Of a stretch of DNA of 64,000 nt, positions 1-10,400 are shown one piece after another; position 1 is the first letter of the stretch, and every line of letters begins with the position of its first letter. The stretch comes from Muribaculaceae bacterium. GTDB lineage: Bacteria > Bacteroidota > Bacteroidia > Bacteroidales > Muribaculaceae. Below the pieces are notes generated by a model. That model was given only the letters and a program-made list of their open reading frames with translations, did no database searches and was not told the DNA's origin. Location of the stretch: contig JAFZKD010000121.1 in assembly GCA_017553785.1 (NCBI GenBank), positions 5,958 through 69,957 on the forward strand, given 5' to 3'. Made by a program: the position numbers and the translations under genes.

Positions 1-402
1 CTCTACCTCACGCACCTCAAGGGTCCGCGGTGTGATGATGGCTCCCCACCACATGATGACGAACACTAAAGCCGCGACCACAAAGGCACATACCGTCATC
101 CATCGCTGTTTGATCCACCGCCCGAGACCGTAGATGATAGTGCCTAACACCTTGGGTGCCATGATGGCGAAGAAGGTGTAGAGCATGTACTGGCCTGTGG
201 TGAACATGGTGTTAGATGTCGAAGCCTCGTTCAAGGGCATGACGGCGATTGCTGCGACCAATGCGGCCGACAGTACGGCCAGCGCACCGTTGAACCATGC
301 TAACCAGCGGTATCCGCTGCGACGCAGCCGGTGGCAGATAAAAACGTCCATGGCGATGCACAGCACCGCCACGACGATTAATCCTAACCAATGAATCTTC
401 AT
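1..402 (-). CDS. 5' part of a membrane-anchored protein, probably a metallophosphoesterase (YkuE/YaeI-like); runs off the left edge
   Basis: Not in the ORF track. My translation from ATG at 402 gives MKIHWLGLIVVAVLCIAMD...IMWWGAIITPRTLEVREVE, open to position 1. Several TM helices ending in a 'WG...P..LEV..VE' segment, typical of the region before the phosphoesterase domain. Confidence 0.6.
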   Translation of the reverse strand, partial: MKIHWLGLIVVAVLCIAMDVFICHRLRRSGYRWLAWFNGALAVLSAALVAAIAVMPLNEASTSNTMFTTGQYMLYTFFAIMAPKVLGTIIYGLGRWIKQRWMTVCAFVVAALVFVIMWWGAIITPRTLEVREVE

Positions 403-403
403 T

Positions 404-431
404 TTAGACCTTAGATTTTAGACCTTAGACT
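404..431. repeat. Heptamer tandem repeat (TTAGAYY x4)
   Basis: ttagacc ttagatt ttagacc ttagact; gctaata x2 nearby at 455-468. Confidence 0.85.
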
Positions 432-470
432 ATTGATGGAGCTAAGGGCTGAATGCTAATAGCTAATAGC

Positions 471-1652
471 CTACTTGGTGGCTTCCAGGTAGTTGGAGAG
501 CGGGTTGCTGTACATCTGAAGCATCTTGTTGTACATATAAAACCTGTCTGCTTCGCTCAGTTTCATGCCCTCGGTCTTGTCGATCTGGCTCGACAGGTAT
601 TGCTCAAACGCCTCACGCTCCTCCTGGGTGTATTTGTCGTCAAACTGCTTGTCGTCAAACAGGATGTCATGGGCGATGTAGTTGGTCTTGTAGATTTTGT
701 AGTTCTGATGGATGGCATGGTCGATGATAGCGCACACGCGGTCCACTTCAAGGAATTTATCCAGTCCTTCGGGAATCTTGTCCAGTTCCTCGTTGATGCA
801 TGCGGTGAAGGCATAGTGTACCTCGCCCTTGTGACCGATGATGCCCGTCTTCATGCTGATCAGATCGTCCTCAGGAGCCTTGCGCCAGTTGGGATTCTTA
901 CTCTTGCACAGGAACTCCTTGGCCTTGAGGTAGTCGTTTGGGTCATACTCGTAGCTGATGGAGATAGGTGCGATATTCAATTCCTTCAGGCTTTCAATGA
1001 AGGATTTGTCCCGATTGCCGTAGGCCAGCATCTTGATGAGGCTCTCCTGTGTGCGGTCGTTACTGTCCTTGCAGCGTCCCTCGCGCTGGGCAATCCATAG
1101 CGAGGCACGTTTTTGCTCAATGGCAAAGTGCATGTAGCCAGACAGTTGCACGGCTGCTGTGAGTGTCTGGATACGTCCCAGATTGCGCTTCACAATAAAG
1201 CTCTTGTTCATGCGCACCAGTTTGGTAATCCAATCATAGATGAGGAGGTTGTTGCCAATGGCGATTTCGCAGGCGTCACGACCGCCTTTAAGCAGCAGAT
1301 AACTCAACTGAGCCGAGTCAAGAACGATGTCGCGATGGTTAGTGACAAAGGTATAAGGCATTTCCTTGTCCAGATTCTCGGTGCCGCTGGTGGTGAGCGT
1401 TGTCGCCGTCTTGGCCATCAGTCCCTCGATAAAGGGCTTCATTACCTTGACCTGGAATTCGTGCTTGGAGTTGATGCCCAGCAGCACATGTTTGAACTCA
1501 GAGTACTTGTAGTTGGGCAATGCCATAGCCACAATCTTTTGGAAACCCGGTTCTTGTACCAGAATGGTCATGGCCGTTTGGAAATCTTTGTCAGGAATCG
1601 GGCAGATGTCCTGATACTCAACTGGAATGGGTATGTTCTCGTTCTCTATCAT
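471..1652 (-). CDS. Glycerol-3-phosphate/1-acylglycerol-phosphate acyltransferase family protein
   Basis: 393 aa; NHRDIVLD (HxxxxD) and AQREGRCKD acyltransferase motifs. Confidence 0.85.
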   Translation of the reverse strand: MIENENIPIPVEYQDICPIPDKDFQTAMTILVQEPGFQKIVAMALPNYKYSEFKHVLLGINSKHEFQVKVMKPFIEGLMAKTATTLTTSGTENLDKEMPYTFVTNHRDIVLDSAQLSYLLLKGGRDACEIAIGNNLLIYDWITKLVRMNKSFIVKRNLGRIQTLTAAVQLSGYMHFAIEQKRASLWIAQREGRCKDSNDRTQESLIKMLAYGNRDKSFIESLKELNIAPISISYEYDPNDYLKAKEFLCKSKNPNWRKAPEDDLISMKTGIIGHKGEVHYAFTACINEELDKIPEGLDKFLEVDRVCAIIDHAIHQNYKIYKTNYIAHDILFDDKQFDDKYTQEEREAFEQYLSSQIDKTEGMKLSEADRFYMYNKMLQMYSNPLSNYLEATK

Positions 1653-1898
1653 AATGAATTGGGTTATTGGGGAGACGCGTTTTCAGCCTCTCAGTTTTTA
1701 GTTCATATCTTGTCAACCCACAAAGTTAATCATTTTCCCGAAAAAGTGCTAATTATCCTTTGGTTTTTTTCAAAAACACTCTTTTCTGTAATCTTTTGGG
1801 CATGATACATTGTGTACAGCAACACTTGGTGAATAATGAATCGTTAAGGCAAGAGCAATTTTTGGCGCAAAATATTTTGCCATGTCATGATGGATAGT

Positions 1899-1906
1899 TA
1901 ATTTTG
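1899..1906 (+). promoter_or_regulatory. Bacteroidetes -7 promoter box for the glycan-modification operon
   Basis: TAATTTTG matches TAnnTTTG, ~125 nt upstream of ATG 2034. Confidence 0.5.
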
Positions 1907-2033
1907 CTACTCAAGTCCTGTCCCAAATGGGAATGTAGGATGTGAAAGGCGTATGGTTACGGCAGGTCCTTGAGTTGATTTGCCGCAGTTCTGACAAATA
2001 GGCGAAAAGCCTAATAAACTGGTAATTAGAGCA

Positions 2034-2807
2034 ATGAAGAAAGAATACTTGATTTCTTTAAAACAATATATACAGAACTACTCATTGTGCAATGAATTAA
2101 AACAATATAAAGGATTGCACAATGGCAAACGTTGCTTTATCATCGGGACAGGCCCCAGCCTGACCGTAGAAGACCTTGAAAAACTGAAAAACGAAATCAC
2201 TTTCGGCTCAAACCGGATATTTGAGATTTTCCCCAAAACGACATGGCGCCCTACCTACTACATGAACCAGGATTATAAGCTGATTGAGAAATTCCAACAG
2301 GATATCAAAGCCGTGGATTGCCAGCGCTTGTTCTTGCCGATTGACGCGAAGCATTTCTTTGCCGATAACGATAATATATCTTATTTCGTACTTCGTTACA
2401 AGGAGTTTTATCCTGGCTTTGCCGACTTCAGTATGCACTTGAACAGGTTCATGGGCCAAGGTTTCACAGTGACCTATGGCGCCATCCAGATGGCCTATTA
2501 TATGGGTTTCAGCGAGGTTTATCTGTTGGGTATAGACCATAACTATTCTGTCAGCCTGGACGAGAACGGCATTCCTGTCATAAAAGACAATGTCCAAGAT
2601 TATTTCGCGGGATCCAAGGCGAGCAACAAGGGCTTGAACCTGCCCCGCATCGTCGAGAGCACGATGGCCTACATCACGGCAAGGAAGTTTGCCGATGCCC
2701 ATCCGGGTTTTACGGTGTACAACGCCACGCGTGGCGGCAAGTTGGAAGCCTTTAAGCGGGTAGACCTTGATGAAGTCTTGTCTCCCAATCCCAATTCCTG
2801 TCAATAA
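2034..2807 (+). CDS. DUF115 / Maf-like protein, putative CMP-ulosonate glycosyltransferase
   Basis: CFIIGTGPSL, FGSNRI, AYYMGFSEVYLLGIDH and YNATRGG motifs. Confidence 0.75.
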   Translation: MKKEYLISLKQYIQNYSLCNELKQYKGLHNGKRCFIIGTGPSLTVEDLEKLKNEITFGSNRIFEIFPKTTWRPTYYMNQDYKLIEKFQQDIKAVDCQRLFLPIDAKHFFADNDNISYFVLRYKEFYPGFADFSMHLNRFMGQGFTVTYGAIQMAYYMGFSEVYLLGIDHNYSVSLDENGIPVIKDNVQDYFAGSKASNKGLNLPRIVESTMAYITARKFADAHPGFTVYNATRGGKLEAFKRVDLDEVLSPNPNSCQ

Positions 2808-2817
2808 GATTTGCCCT

Positions 2818-3945
2818 ATGGAAGAACGAAAGAAGAAAATAGGAATCGTCACGATTCACATGATCAATAACTACGGTGCGATACTGCAAGCCTATGCCTT
2901 GAACTCGTATCTGAACTCTGTGGGTTATGATGCCGAGACGATAGACTTCAGGACCTACCGCGTTGCCGAGAGTTATAAGACGTATGCACCCATTCATGGC
3001 CCAATGGACTTGGTGAGGAACCTGCAGACGTTGACGCTCATGAAAAAGATCAGGAAGCGCCATGAACGCATGAAGGGCTTTATCCAGGAAAACGTAAAGC
3101 TGTCCCAAGGTGTGTATTACAGTAATGCTGAGCTTGCCGAGGCCCATCTGGATTACGATTATTACATCTGCGGCAGTGACCAGATATGGAATACTTATTG
3201 TGACAACTATGACGATGCGTTTATCTTGGCTTTCGCCCGTGATAAAGGCATCAGGTTGTCTTATGCCGCCAGCATGGGCATGTCCTCGGTGAACCCCGCG
3301 CTTCTCCAGCGGTTCAAGGAGGAGTTGTCGGGTTTTTCGGCCTTGTCGGTGAGGGAACAGAATGCTGTGGAGGTGATTTCTTCCATCAGCGGCAAAGAGG
3401 TGGTTCAGGTGATGGATCCGGTTTTCTTGTTGTCGCCCGACCAATGGCGCCAAGTCATGAAACGCGACCTGTGTCCCCAACGGCCATATATCCTTTTCTA
3501 CTCGGTGCATGGCGGATGGCCAGGCATGAGGAAATATGTGAAGCAATTGTCACGGCTCTACCACATGCCAGTGGTGGTGGTGAACAAGAACTTGCGTGAG
3601 GCGTTGTACCCCAACATCAAGTGCTTTGATGCCGGTCCGGCCGAGTTTGTCGGTCTGCTGGATGGCGCAAAATATATTTTCACTAACTCCTTCCACGGCT
3701 GTGCCTTCTCCATCATGTTTAAGAAGAAATTCCAGGTGTTTGTGGCGGGTACAGCAAGTCAGGGCACCGCTTCACGCATCTATAGCCTGATGAACACACT
3801 GGGCTTGGCCGATCGTATCACTTCGCGTGACGGGAATCCTGCCGCGATGGACAATGTGATAGACTGGGACAACGCTCACTCAAAGCTGCAACCCATGATA
3901 GACTCGTCCAAAAATTATTTAGATGAAGCTTTGCGAACCAAATAA
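2818..3945 (+). CDS. Polysaccharide pyruvyl transferase family protein
   Basis: NNYGAILQAYAL, CGSDQIWN, SYAAS, SVRE, DPVFLL and TNSFHG motifs; ATG 2818 preferred over the upstream overlapping start. Confidence 0.85.
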   Translation: MEERKKKIGIVTIHMINNYGAILQAYALNSYLNSVGYDAETIDFRTYRVAESYKTYAPIHGPMDLVRNLQTLTLMKKIRKRHERMKGFIQENVKLSQGVYYSNAELAEAHLDYDYYICGSDQIWNTYCDNYDDAFILAFARDKGIRLSYAASMGMSSVNPALLQRFKEELSGFSALSVREQNAVEVISSISGKEVVQVMDPVFLLSPDQWRQVMKRDLCPQRPYILFYSVHGGWPGMRKYVKQLSRLYHMPVVVVNKNLREALYPNIKCFDAGPAEFVGLLDGAKYIFTNSFHGCAFSIMFKKKFQVFVAGTASQGTASRIYSLMNTLGLADRITSRDGNPAAMDNVIDWDNAHSKLQPMIDSSKNYLDEALRTK

Positions 3946-5074
3946 CTGCCTGGGCTGTCTCGCTTGTTATAACGCATGCCCTAAAGGGGCCATCCAAATG
4001 CGTTATACCGATCATGCCGTTTTGGTTCCATCGATCAACCAGGAAACCTGCATCGAGTGCGGCTTGTGTCAAAAGGTTTGCCCTGTTATCACACCCAATA
4101 TCAAGCCCAACCAGGTCATCAAGTGCTATGCCGCTTGGTCAACCGATCGCCGGCTTCTGGAGAATGCCGCATCGGCTGGTGTGGTGACCACATTGGGTTA
4201 TCACACGATCCAGAATGGGGGCATGGTGTTTGGTGCCCGTTTTGATGACAAACGGTTAGTGATTACCGGAGCCTCAACATTGAAGGAACTGCTCGAGTTC
4301 CAAGGGAGCCGGTATGTTCATGCGTTCGTTGGACAGTCCTTCATCGAGATCAAGCGCTATCTGGATTCCGGCAGGCGGGTGATGTTCACCGGAACGCCAT
4401 GCCAGGTTCATGGCCTGCGCCAGTACCTTCAAAAGGATTATAGTAATCTGTTGACGGTGGATCTGGTTTGCCATGGTGTTGCCCCGATGTCCTACCTGAA
4501 TGAGTATCTTTCGGAAAAAGGAATTGACGATTATGACAATGTTGTGTTCAGGGGGAAGCACGGCATGTCGCTGGTCGTTTCTAAAGACGAAAACATCCTT
4601 TACAGGAAATATAAATTCGTGGATTTGTTCTATATGGCCTATCTCAAAGGTCTGCTCAGCAGGGAGAACTGCTATCAATGCCCTTACTCCTCGCCTAAGC
4701 GTTATGGTGATGTCACTGTTGGTGACTTCTGGGGCTTGGAAAGGACCAGCGATATGCCGAATCATCCGTTCATTTCGGTGTTGTTCACCAATACCGCTAA
4801 GGGTGAACAATGGATCAACGAACTGCGGGATTCCATACAATGCGTGGAGAAACCGCTAGAAATGGCGTTGAAGAAGAATGGCCAACTGAACCGTCCGTGC
4901 ACGAGACATCGTGGCCGAGACCGGTTTCTGGCCCTATATCCTGATCGAGGCCTGGTTAAATCCATCAAGAAGTCACCGTTTTATCGGGACTATCTCAAGA
5001 GGGCTTGGCGATACAGGGCTTTATTATTCGCATCAAACTTAAAACACTTTATAACTCATGGAACATCAGTTTAA
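3923..5074 (+). CDS. 4Fe-4S dicluster + coenzyme F420 hydrogenase/dehydrogenase beta-subunit-like oxidoreductase
   Basis: CLGCLACYNACP, CIECGLCQKVCP, GSRY, GTPCQ, DLVCHG, RENCYQC, GDFWG. Confidence 0.85.
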   Translation: MKLCEPNNCLGCLACYNACPKGAIQMRYTDHAVLVPSINQETCIECGLCQKVCPVITPNIKPNQVIKCYAAWSTDRRLLENAASAGVVTTLGYHTIQNGGMVFGARFDDKRLVITGASTLKELLEFQGSRYVHAFVGQSFIEIKRYLDSGRRVMFTGTPCQVHGLRQYLQKDYSNLLTVDLVCHGVAPMSYLNEYLSEKGIDDYDNVVFRGKHGMSLVVSKDENILYRKYKFVDLFYMAYLKGLLSRENCYQCPYSSPKRYGDVTVGDFWGLERTSDMPNHPFISVLFTNTAKGEQWINELRDSIQCVEKPLEMALKKNGQLNRPCTRHRGRDRFLALYPDRGLVKSIKKSPFYRDYLKRAWRYRALLFASNLKHFITHGTSV

Positions 5075-6596
5075 TATACTTGACTGCACACTGCGCGACG
5101 GCGGTTACTACACTGACTGGGACTTTGCGCCCAATGTGGTGAATACCTATCTTGATGCGGTGAACCGATTGCCCATCGATTATATCGAGGTGGGCTATCG
5201 CAATAATCCGGATAAGACCTACATGGGTGAATACGGCTATTGTCCCGTGTCGTCACTCAAGAGAATACGGGAGCGCTGCAATAAAAAGATCGCGGTCATG
5301 ATCAATGAGAAAAGCTCTCGGGTCGAGGACCTGCCCTACCTGGTCTTGCCGATTGAGGGCGTCGTTGATATGGTGAGAATCGCGGTTGACCCCAAGAACA
5401 TGGACCGTGCCATCAACCTGGCCAAGCACATTAGGGACGCGGGTTTTGAAGTGGGATTCAACTTGATGTATATGTCCAAGTGGGGAGAGTATGAAGGTTT
5501 GTTCCCCAAGTTGGCCGAATTGGAGGGTGTGGTAACCCTGCTCAACATGGTCGATTCCTTTGGAAGCATGATGCCCGATGACGTGGCCAATACCATATCC
5601 AAGATTAGGGAATACACCTCATGCCCGTTGGGTTTCCATGGTCACAACAACCTGCAGTTGGCTCTGATCAACACGCTGACTGCGATTAAATGCGGTGTGA
5701 TATCGGTCGACGGCACGATCCTCGGCATGGGTCGTGGCGCAGGTAACCTTAATACCGAGTTGTTGCTCACCACCCTGAACCGTCAAGGGCTCGACGTGGA
5801 CTTTAACGTGTTGGGCGATGTGATTACGGCATATATGCCCCTGTTGAACCAGTATGGATGGGGAACGACACTGCCCTATATGATTTCGGGAGCAAATTCC
5901 ATTCCTCAAAAGGAGGTGATGGCCTGGTGCATGAATAGGGCCTATAGCTTTAACAGTATTGTCCGCGCCGTTGACAACAAGCGCAACCATGTCGCTGATA
6001 ATGCGCACTTTGGTACCTTGGATGTCAACCACTATGACGAGGTGATGATTATTGGCGGTGGTGCCAGTGTGACCGATCACCTTGAAGCCATCAAGGAATT
6101 CGTCGGCATGCATCCCGGCATGGCGATCGTCTTTGCCACCGCGCGTCATGCCGCCGACTTCAAGGATGTCAAGAACGACAAGTTCTATGTGCTGGTAGGA
6201 AACGAGGCGCGGAGGATGGAGCGGACGGTACCTGGACAAGACTTTAGCGGTACTTGCGTCTTGTCGCCTTACCCGAGAAAGATGGGTACCGAGGTGCCTG
6301 CCTATGCCAACAAGCAGACGTTTGAGTTGGCCAAGATCTCCTTTACTGACGATTATGAGGATTCTTGCACCACCGTCGCGCTGCAGACTGCCATCGAGTT
6401 AACTCCCCAGGAGATTTATATTGTCGGCTATGATGGATATCGTGGCCAGGTGCTCTCGGACAAGGAAATGGAATTGAGCAGCGAGAACCGCACATTGTTC
6501 CGACAATTCGAGAAATTCACTGACAAACAACTCATCTCACTGACCCCGAGCCTGTACCGCAGCCTGCATGTCAAGTCAATCTACCAATACCTTTAA
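5058..6596 (+). CDS. DRE-TIM (HMGL-like) pyruvate aldolase fused to a C-terminal DUF115-like Rossmann domain
   Basis: LDCTLRDGGY, GFHGHNN, GMGRGAGNL; C-terminal IIGGGAS ... IYIVGYDGY. Confidence 0.8.
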   Translation: MEHQFNILDCTLRDGGYYTDWDFAPNVVNTYLDAVNRLPIDYIEVGYRNNPDKTYMGEYGYCPVSSLKRIRERCNKKIAVMINEKSSRVEDLPYLVLPIEGVVDMVRIAVDPKNMDRAINLAKHIRDAGFEVGFNLMYMSKWGEYEGLFPKLAELEGVVTLLNMVDSFGSMMPDDVANTISKIREYTSCPLGFHGHNNLQLALINTLTAIKCGVISVDGTILGMGRGAGNLNTELLLTTLNRQGLDVDFNVLGDVITAYMPLLNQYGWGTTLPYMISGANSIPQKEVMAWCMNRAYSFNSIVRAVDNKRNHVADNAHFGTLDVNHYDEVMIIGGGASVTDHLEAIKEFVGMHPGMAIVFATARHAADFKDVKNDKFYVLVGNEARRMERTVPGQDFSGTCVLSPYPRKMGTEVPAYANKQTFELAKISFTDDYEDSCTTVALQTAIELTPQEIYIVGYDGYRGQVLSDKEMELSSENRTLFRQFEKFTDKQLISLTPSLYRSLHVKSIYQYL

Positions 6597-6602
6597 AATA
6601 TA

Positions 6603-7361
6603 GTGATTATGAGAATCATAGCTGTTATTCCAGCCCGTTACCAGTCTTCCCGTTTCGAAGGCAAGCCTTTGGCCGAAATCTGTGGCAAACTGATGATAGA
6701 GCGTGTCTATCTACAGGCCAAGAAAGTGAAGGAATTCAGTGAGGTGTATGTGGCTACCGATGACGACCGCATTTTTAACGCTTGCCAGGAGCGTGGCATC
6801 AATGTGATCATGACCTCGACATCGCACAAGACCGGTACCGACCGCATTGGCGAAGTTGCCGAGAAGGTCCCCGCCGACCTGTATGTGAACATACAGGGTG
6901 ATGAGCCACTGATAGAGCCCGAGACGATCCGTGCCGCCATCGTTCCCTATCTTGAGAACCCCGACACGCCCATCATGGTGACCAATCTGATGACCGAGAT
7001 TCACGACCCTGTTGACCTGATTAACTTCACGGTGCCCAAGGTAATCGCTTCGGGCGACGGACGAGGTGTGTTCCTCACACGTTCGGCAGCGCCCTTCCCC
7101 AAGGGAAACATCAATGTGAAGTATTACAAGCAGGTGTGCGTCTATGGTTTTAAGCCCGAAGCGCTTAAATTCTACTGTGACTATGGCAAGAAATACGGCA
7201 AGGCCAAGGTGGAATCGGTCGAAGATATCGAAATCCTGCGTTTCATCGAGAATGGCTATCATGTCCATTACATTGAGGTCGATAGCGAGACCATCGCTGT
7301 TGACACTCCCAATGACCTGCAACGAGTCATCCAATACATGCACGACAACCATATCGAGTAA
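6603..7361 (+). CDS. KdsB-family cytidylyltransferase (paralog, CMP-ulosonate synthetase)
   Basis: IPARYQSSRFEGKPLA, VATDD, GTDR, NIQGDEP, VDTPND. Confidence 0.85.
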   Translation: MIMRIIAVIPARYQSSRFEGKPLAEICGKLMIERVYLQAKKVKEFSEVYVATDDDRIFNACQERGINVIMTSTSHKTGTDRIGEVAEKVPADLYVNIQGDEPLIEPETIRAAIVPYLENPDTPIMVTNLMTEIHDPVDLINFTVPKVIASGDGRGVFLTRSAAPFPKGNINVKYYKQVCVYGFKPEALKFYCDYGKKYGKAKVESVEDIEILRFIENGYHVHYIEVDSETIAVDTPNDLQRVIQYMHDNHIE

Positions 7362-7388
7362 TCTTCTGGCAGGAGCATATTGTAAACG

Positions 7389-7422
7389 GGACAGGCACCC
7401 CAGTAAGCGGGAATGCCTGTCC
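7389..7422. terminator. Hairpin between convergent genes
   Basis: GGACAGGCA...TGCCTGTCC inverted repeat. Confidence 0.65.
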
Positions 7423-7447
7423 TGTCATTTTCTCAACACGATCGCCT

Positions 7448-10400
7448 TTAGGGCCATGTGCCGGTTAACAGATAATCGATGAGAATTGTCACATCGGCGA
7501 TGCTCACCTCGCCATCACCATTCACATCGGCATTCTCAAGACTGATGCCAGTAGCGTTACCACTCAGCAGATAGTCAATCAGGGCTGTGACATCAGCGAT
7601 GGTCACAACTCCGTCGCCACTCGCATCACCTCGAAGTATATCGTTAGCCTGTGTTTCCACATGTCCGGTCAACGGCAAAGTCAACGGCTTGGCACTAAAT
7701 CCGCAGGGCACGATATGCAGAACGGCATTGCGAACGCTAGGCCCCTCGTGCTGAGGATTAAACACCACAGTCGCCCCTGTAGAAGTGGAACTCCCTATTC
7801 TGGAGGGCAAAACGGTAGGATAATAAGTTGCCGGATAATAGATGAATGGATTATAATAGCTGGTGACCGTATCATTCACCACAAAGTCATCGGCATTTTC
7901 ACCATCTACCTCCAAGGCGTAGCTATTACTGAATAAAAAATGATAAACGGGTGTCAACTCTTCATGATAAAGACTTCCAAACCTTTTGGAAGACTGCTCA
8001 TCGCCCGCATCATCGGTCGTGGTATGAAGACTATAAACGTCACCACCATGTCCATCGAACGAGAATATTAATTTGCAAATGATGTCAAACGACAAAGTGT
8101 CCGTCACACTCTCTTCAAATGTGAGTTCTTCCACATCTGTTGAAAGGGTAAACGTGGAGATGAAAGTTTGGCCTGCCAGATCCACAGTTGCCATGCAGGA
8201 ATCTGAACTGTTCAGTGAGATAGTGCCATAGTCGTCACCAATGGATTTCAGACGTGGCGTGTAATTCACAAAGACCACCGCTCCACGTTCAATGTCGGTG
8301 TTGGAGATTGTGGATGGAGAAATCGAGAAGCATTGGTTTGCATTCATACTGAGTGTGACATCGTCATTGATGTGATAGCCCCTGACGTTGAATGTCTTGG
8401 TCTGAGTGTAGCCGGTATATTCCTCAAAGTACAATGCCGTTGAATCAACATCGATGTGCGGAACTGAACTGGCATTACCTGTGATATTAATGACAATGCT
8501 TTCGGCGTTGGGGGCTGACACTGTGAGGGTCGCCGAATCCAGCCCATCCGCAACCGGAAGATAGGTTATTGTGACAGGCACTCCAAGACCTGCGCTGTCA
8601 TCGGGTATGCTCGTGTGTGATATGCCGAACTGGCCCGACGGGCTGTCTAGATTCAGTTCAACATCGCCATTGATGTGATAGGCCGACACCATTAGCGTCT
8701 GTGTAGCGGCATAATCTGTATGCCAATCATCGAAGGATAACGTGTGGGTGTTGGCCCTGAAGCATGGTTCAGCATTGGCTTTGCCATTCAGGCCGACAAC
8801 ACACTGCTCAAACACGTGAGGCGATGTGAGGAAGATATCAGCCGAAGACTCCCCTTGCTCTTGTGGCAGATAGGTTACTGTCACCATAATACCCTTGAAT
8901 GCTTGCTTGGGTGTGATGGTGGTGGGCGAGATTGTGAATGGTCGAGAGTTGTCCACCTGTTCAAGGTGCAACTCAACATTATCCCTCAAGGGCGTTTCAT
9001 AAACCGTCTCATTCTCATCATCGAAAAAGCTGTAGTAGATGCGCCCTGTGACAAAGAATGACTGTGTTTGGGCATATCCCGTATGGCCGTCATTAAAAGA
9101 CAAGTCAGTTTCACTGATGTCAAGGATAGTCTCGGATATGATGGACGTGCCATATAACTGAACAGTCTTGTCTATGTTGCTTTCGCCTGTGATATGGATC
9201 ACGGCATTGTCATGATGGGAAGTGCCGTCCCAGGTGGGAGAATAGGCTACGGTGACCATGACACCGGATTCGGCTTGCGCGGGTGTGATTACCGATGGAG
9301 AAACAGAATACAAACTGCTGGCATTTCCACTAATACTCAGTTCAAGGTTTTCTTTGAGCTGCCTACCCTTTACGACAAATGATCTCTCCTGGGTGTAATC
9401 AATGAACTCTTCAAACGTCAGTTGAGTCGAGTCGACAGTTACTTTAGGATTTGGATTGGTCGCAGTTCCTGTGAGGCTGACAGCCAATTGCTCGTCAAGC
9501 GCATCGCTTGCGAGGATGAGCGTAGCTGTTGACCCGCCCGCATGGGTGGGCAGGTAGGTCACGTTGAAAGTTGCGCCGTTCTCTGTTGCGATGTCGTTGG
9601 CCGATAGTATGGACGGCTCAACGGTGAATTCCTCGGCATTGTCTCCATTGCTGCTGATAGATACTTCCTTCCCCAAGAATCTGAAAGCGTCATTGCCCTT
9701 TACTGTTATCGTCTTGCTGGTAGGGATGCCCACATTACCGCTAAAGGACAACGAGCTGGGCTCAACGTCAATTCTGGGGGTCGGGTCAATACCCACAATC
9801 ATCTGCTGTGACACATTATAATGAGGGGCGTTTTCGTTGATGGCAAACTCACCCAAACAGCAAAATACGTCGTTTCCGGCAGCGATGCCAGGCCAACCGA
9901 AGTTGACATGATAATAGACGGTGCCATCTACCTCCTGGTAACCGTCAACGTTGAAAATATGCCCCGCTCCACTATCCTCGGATAAAGCAGAGTATATGAT
10001 AGGGCGTGGTGGATTTGCGTCAAATTCATTCTGCATGAGGCTGTCCCACTGTGCTTTATTATTTTCATTCAGCACAATCCATGAAGCATCATACCCTAAC
10101 AGATGAAGGCCATTAACGATTCGTCGAAGACCTGAGCCACTGCTATGGACCCCATAGTTCATCTTTTGCGCCTGTCCCGCATAACGCATCAGGGTCGCCA
10201 CAGCTTCGGCTTGATCCGATGTATCATAACTGTCATTCATGTCATCCCAAGCGAAGACGGTTTCTGGCAAATCAGGGATGTCATATTTCTCACATTCCGG
10301 ATAATGTCCAGGCAGAGACGGAGAAACTTCAGGATAACTCCAGTATCTCATCACCTGAGCCATGGCGGTGGCACCACAGCCCGCATAGCAAAGGGAGTCG

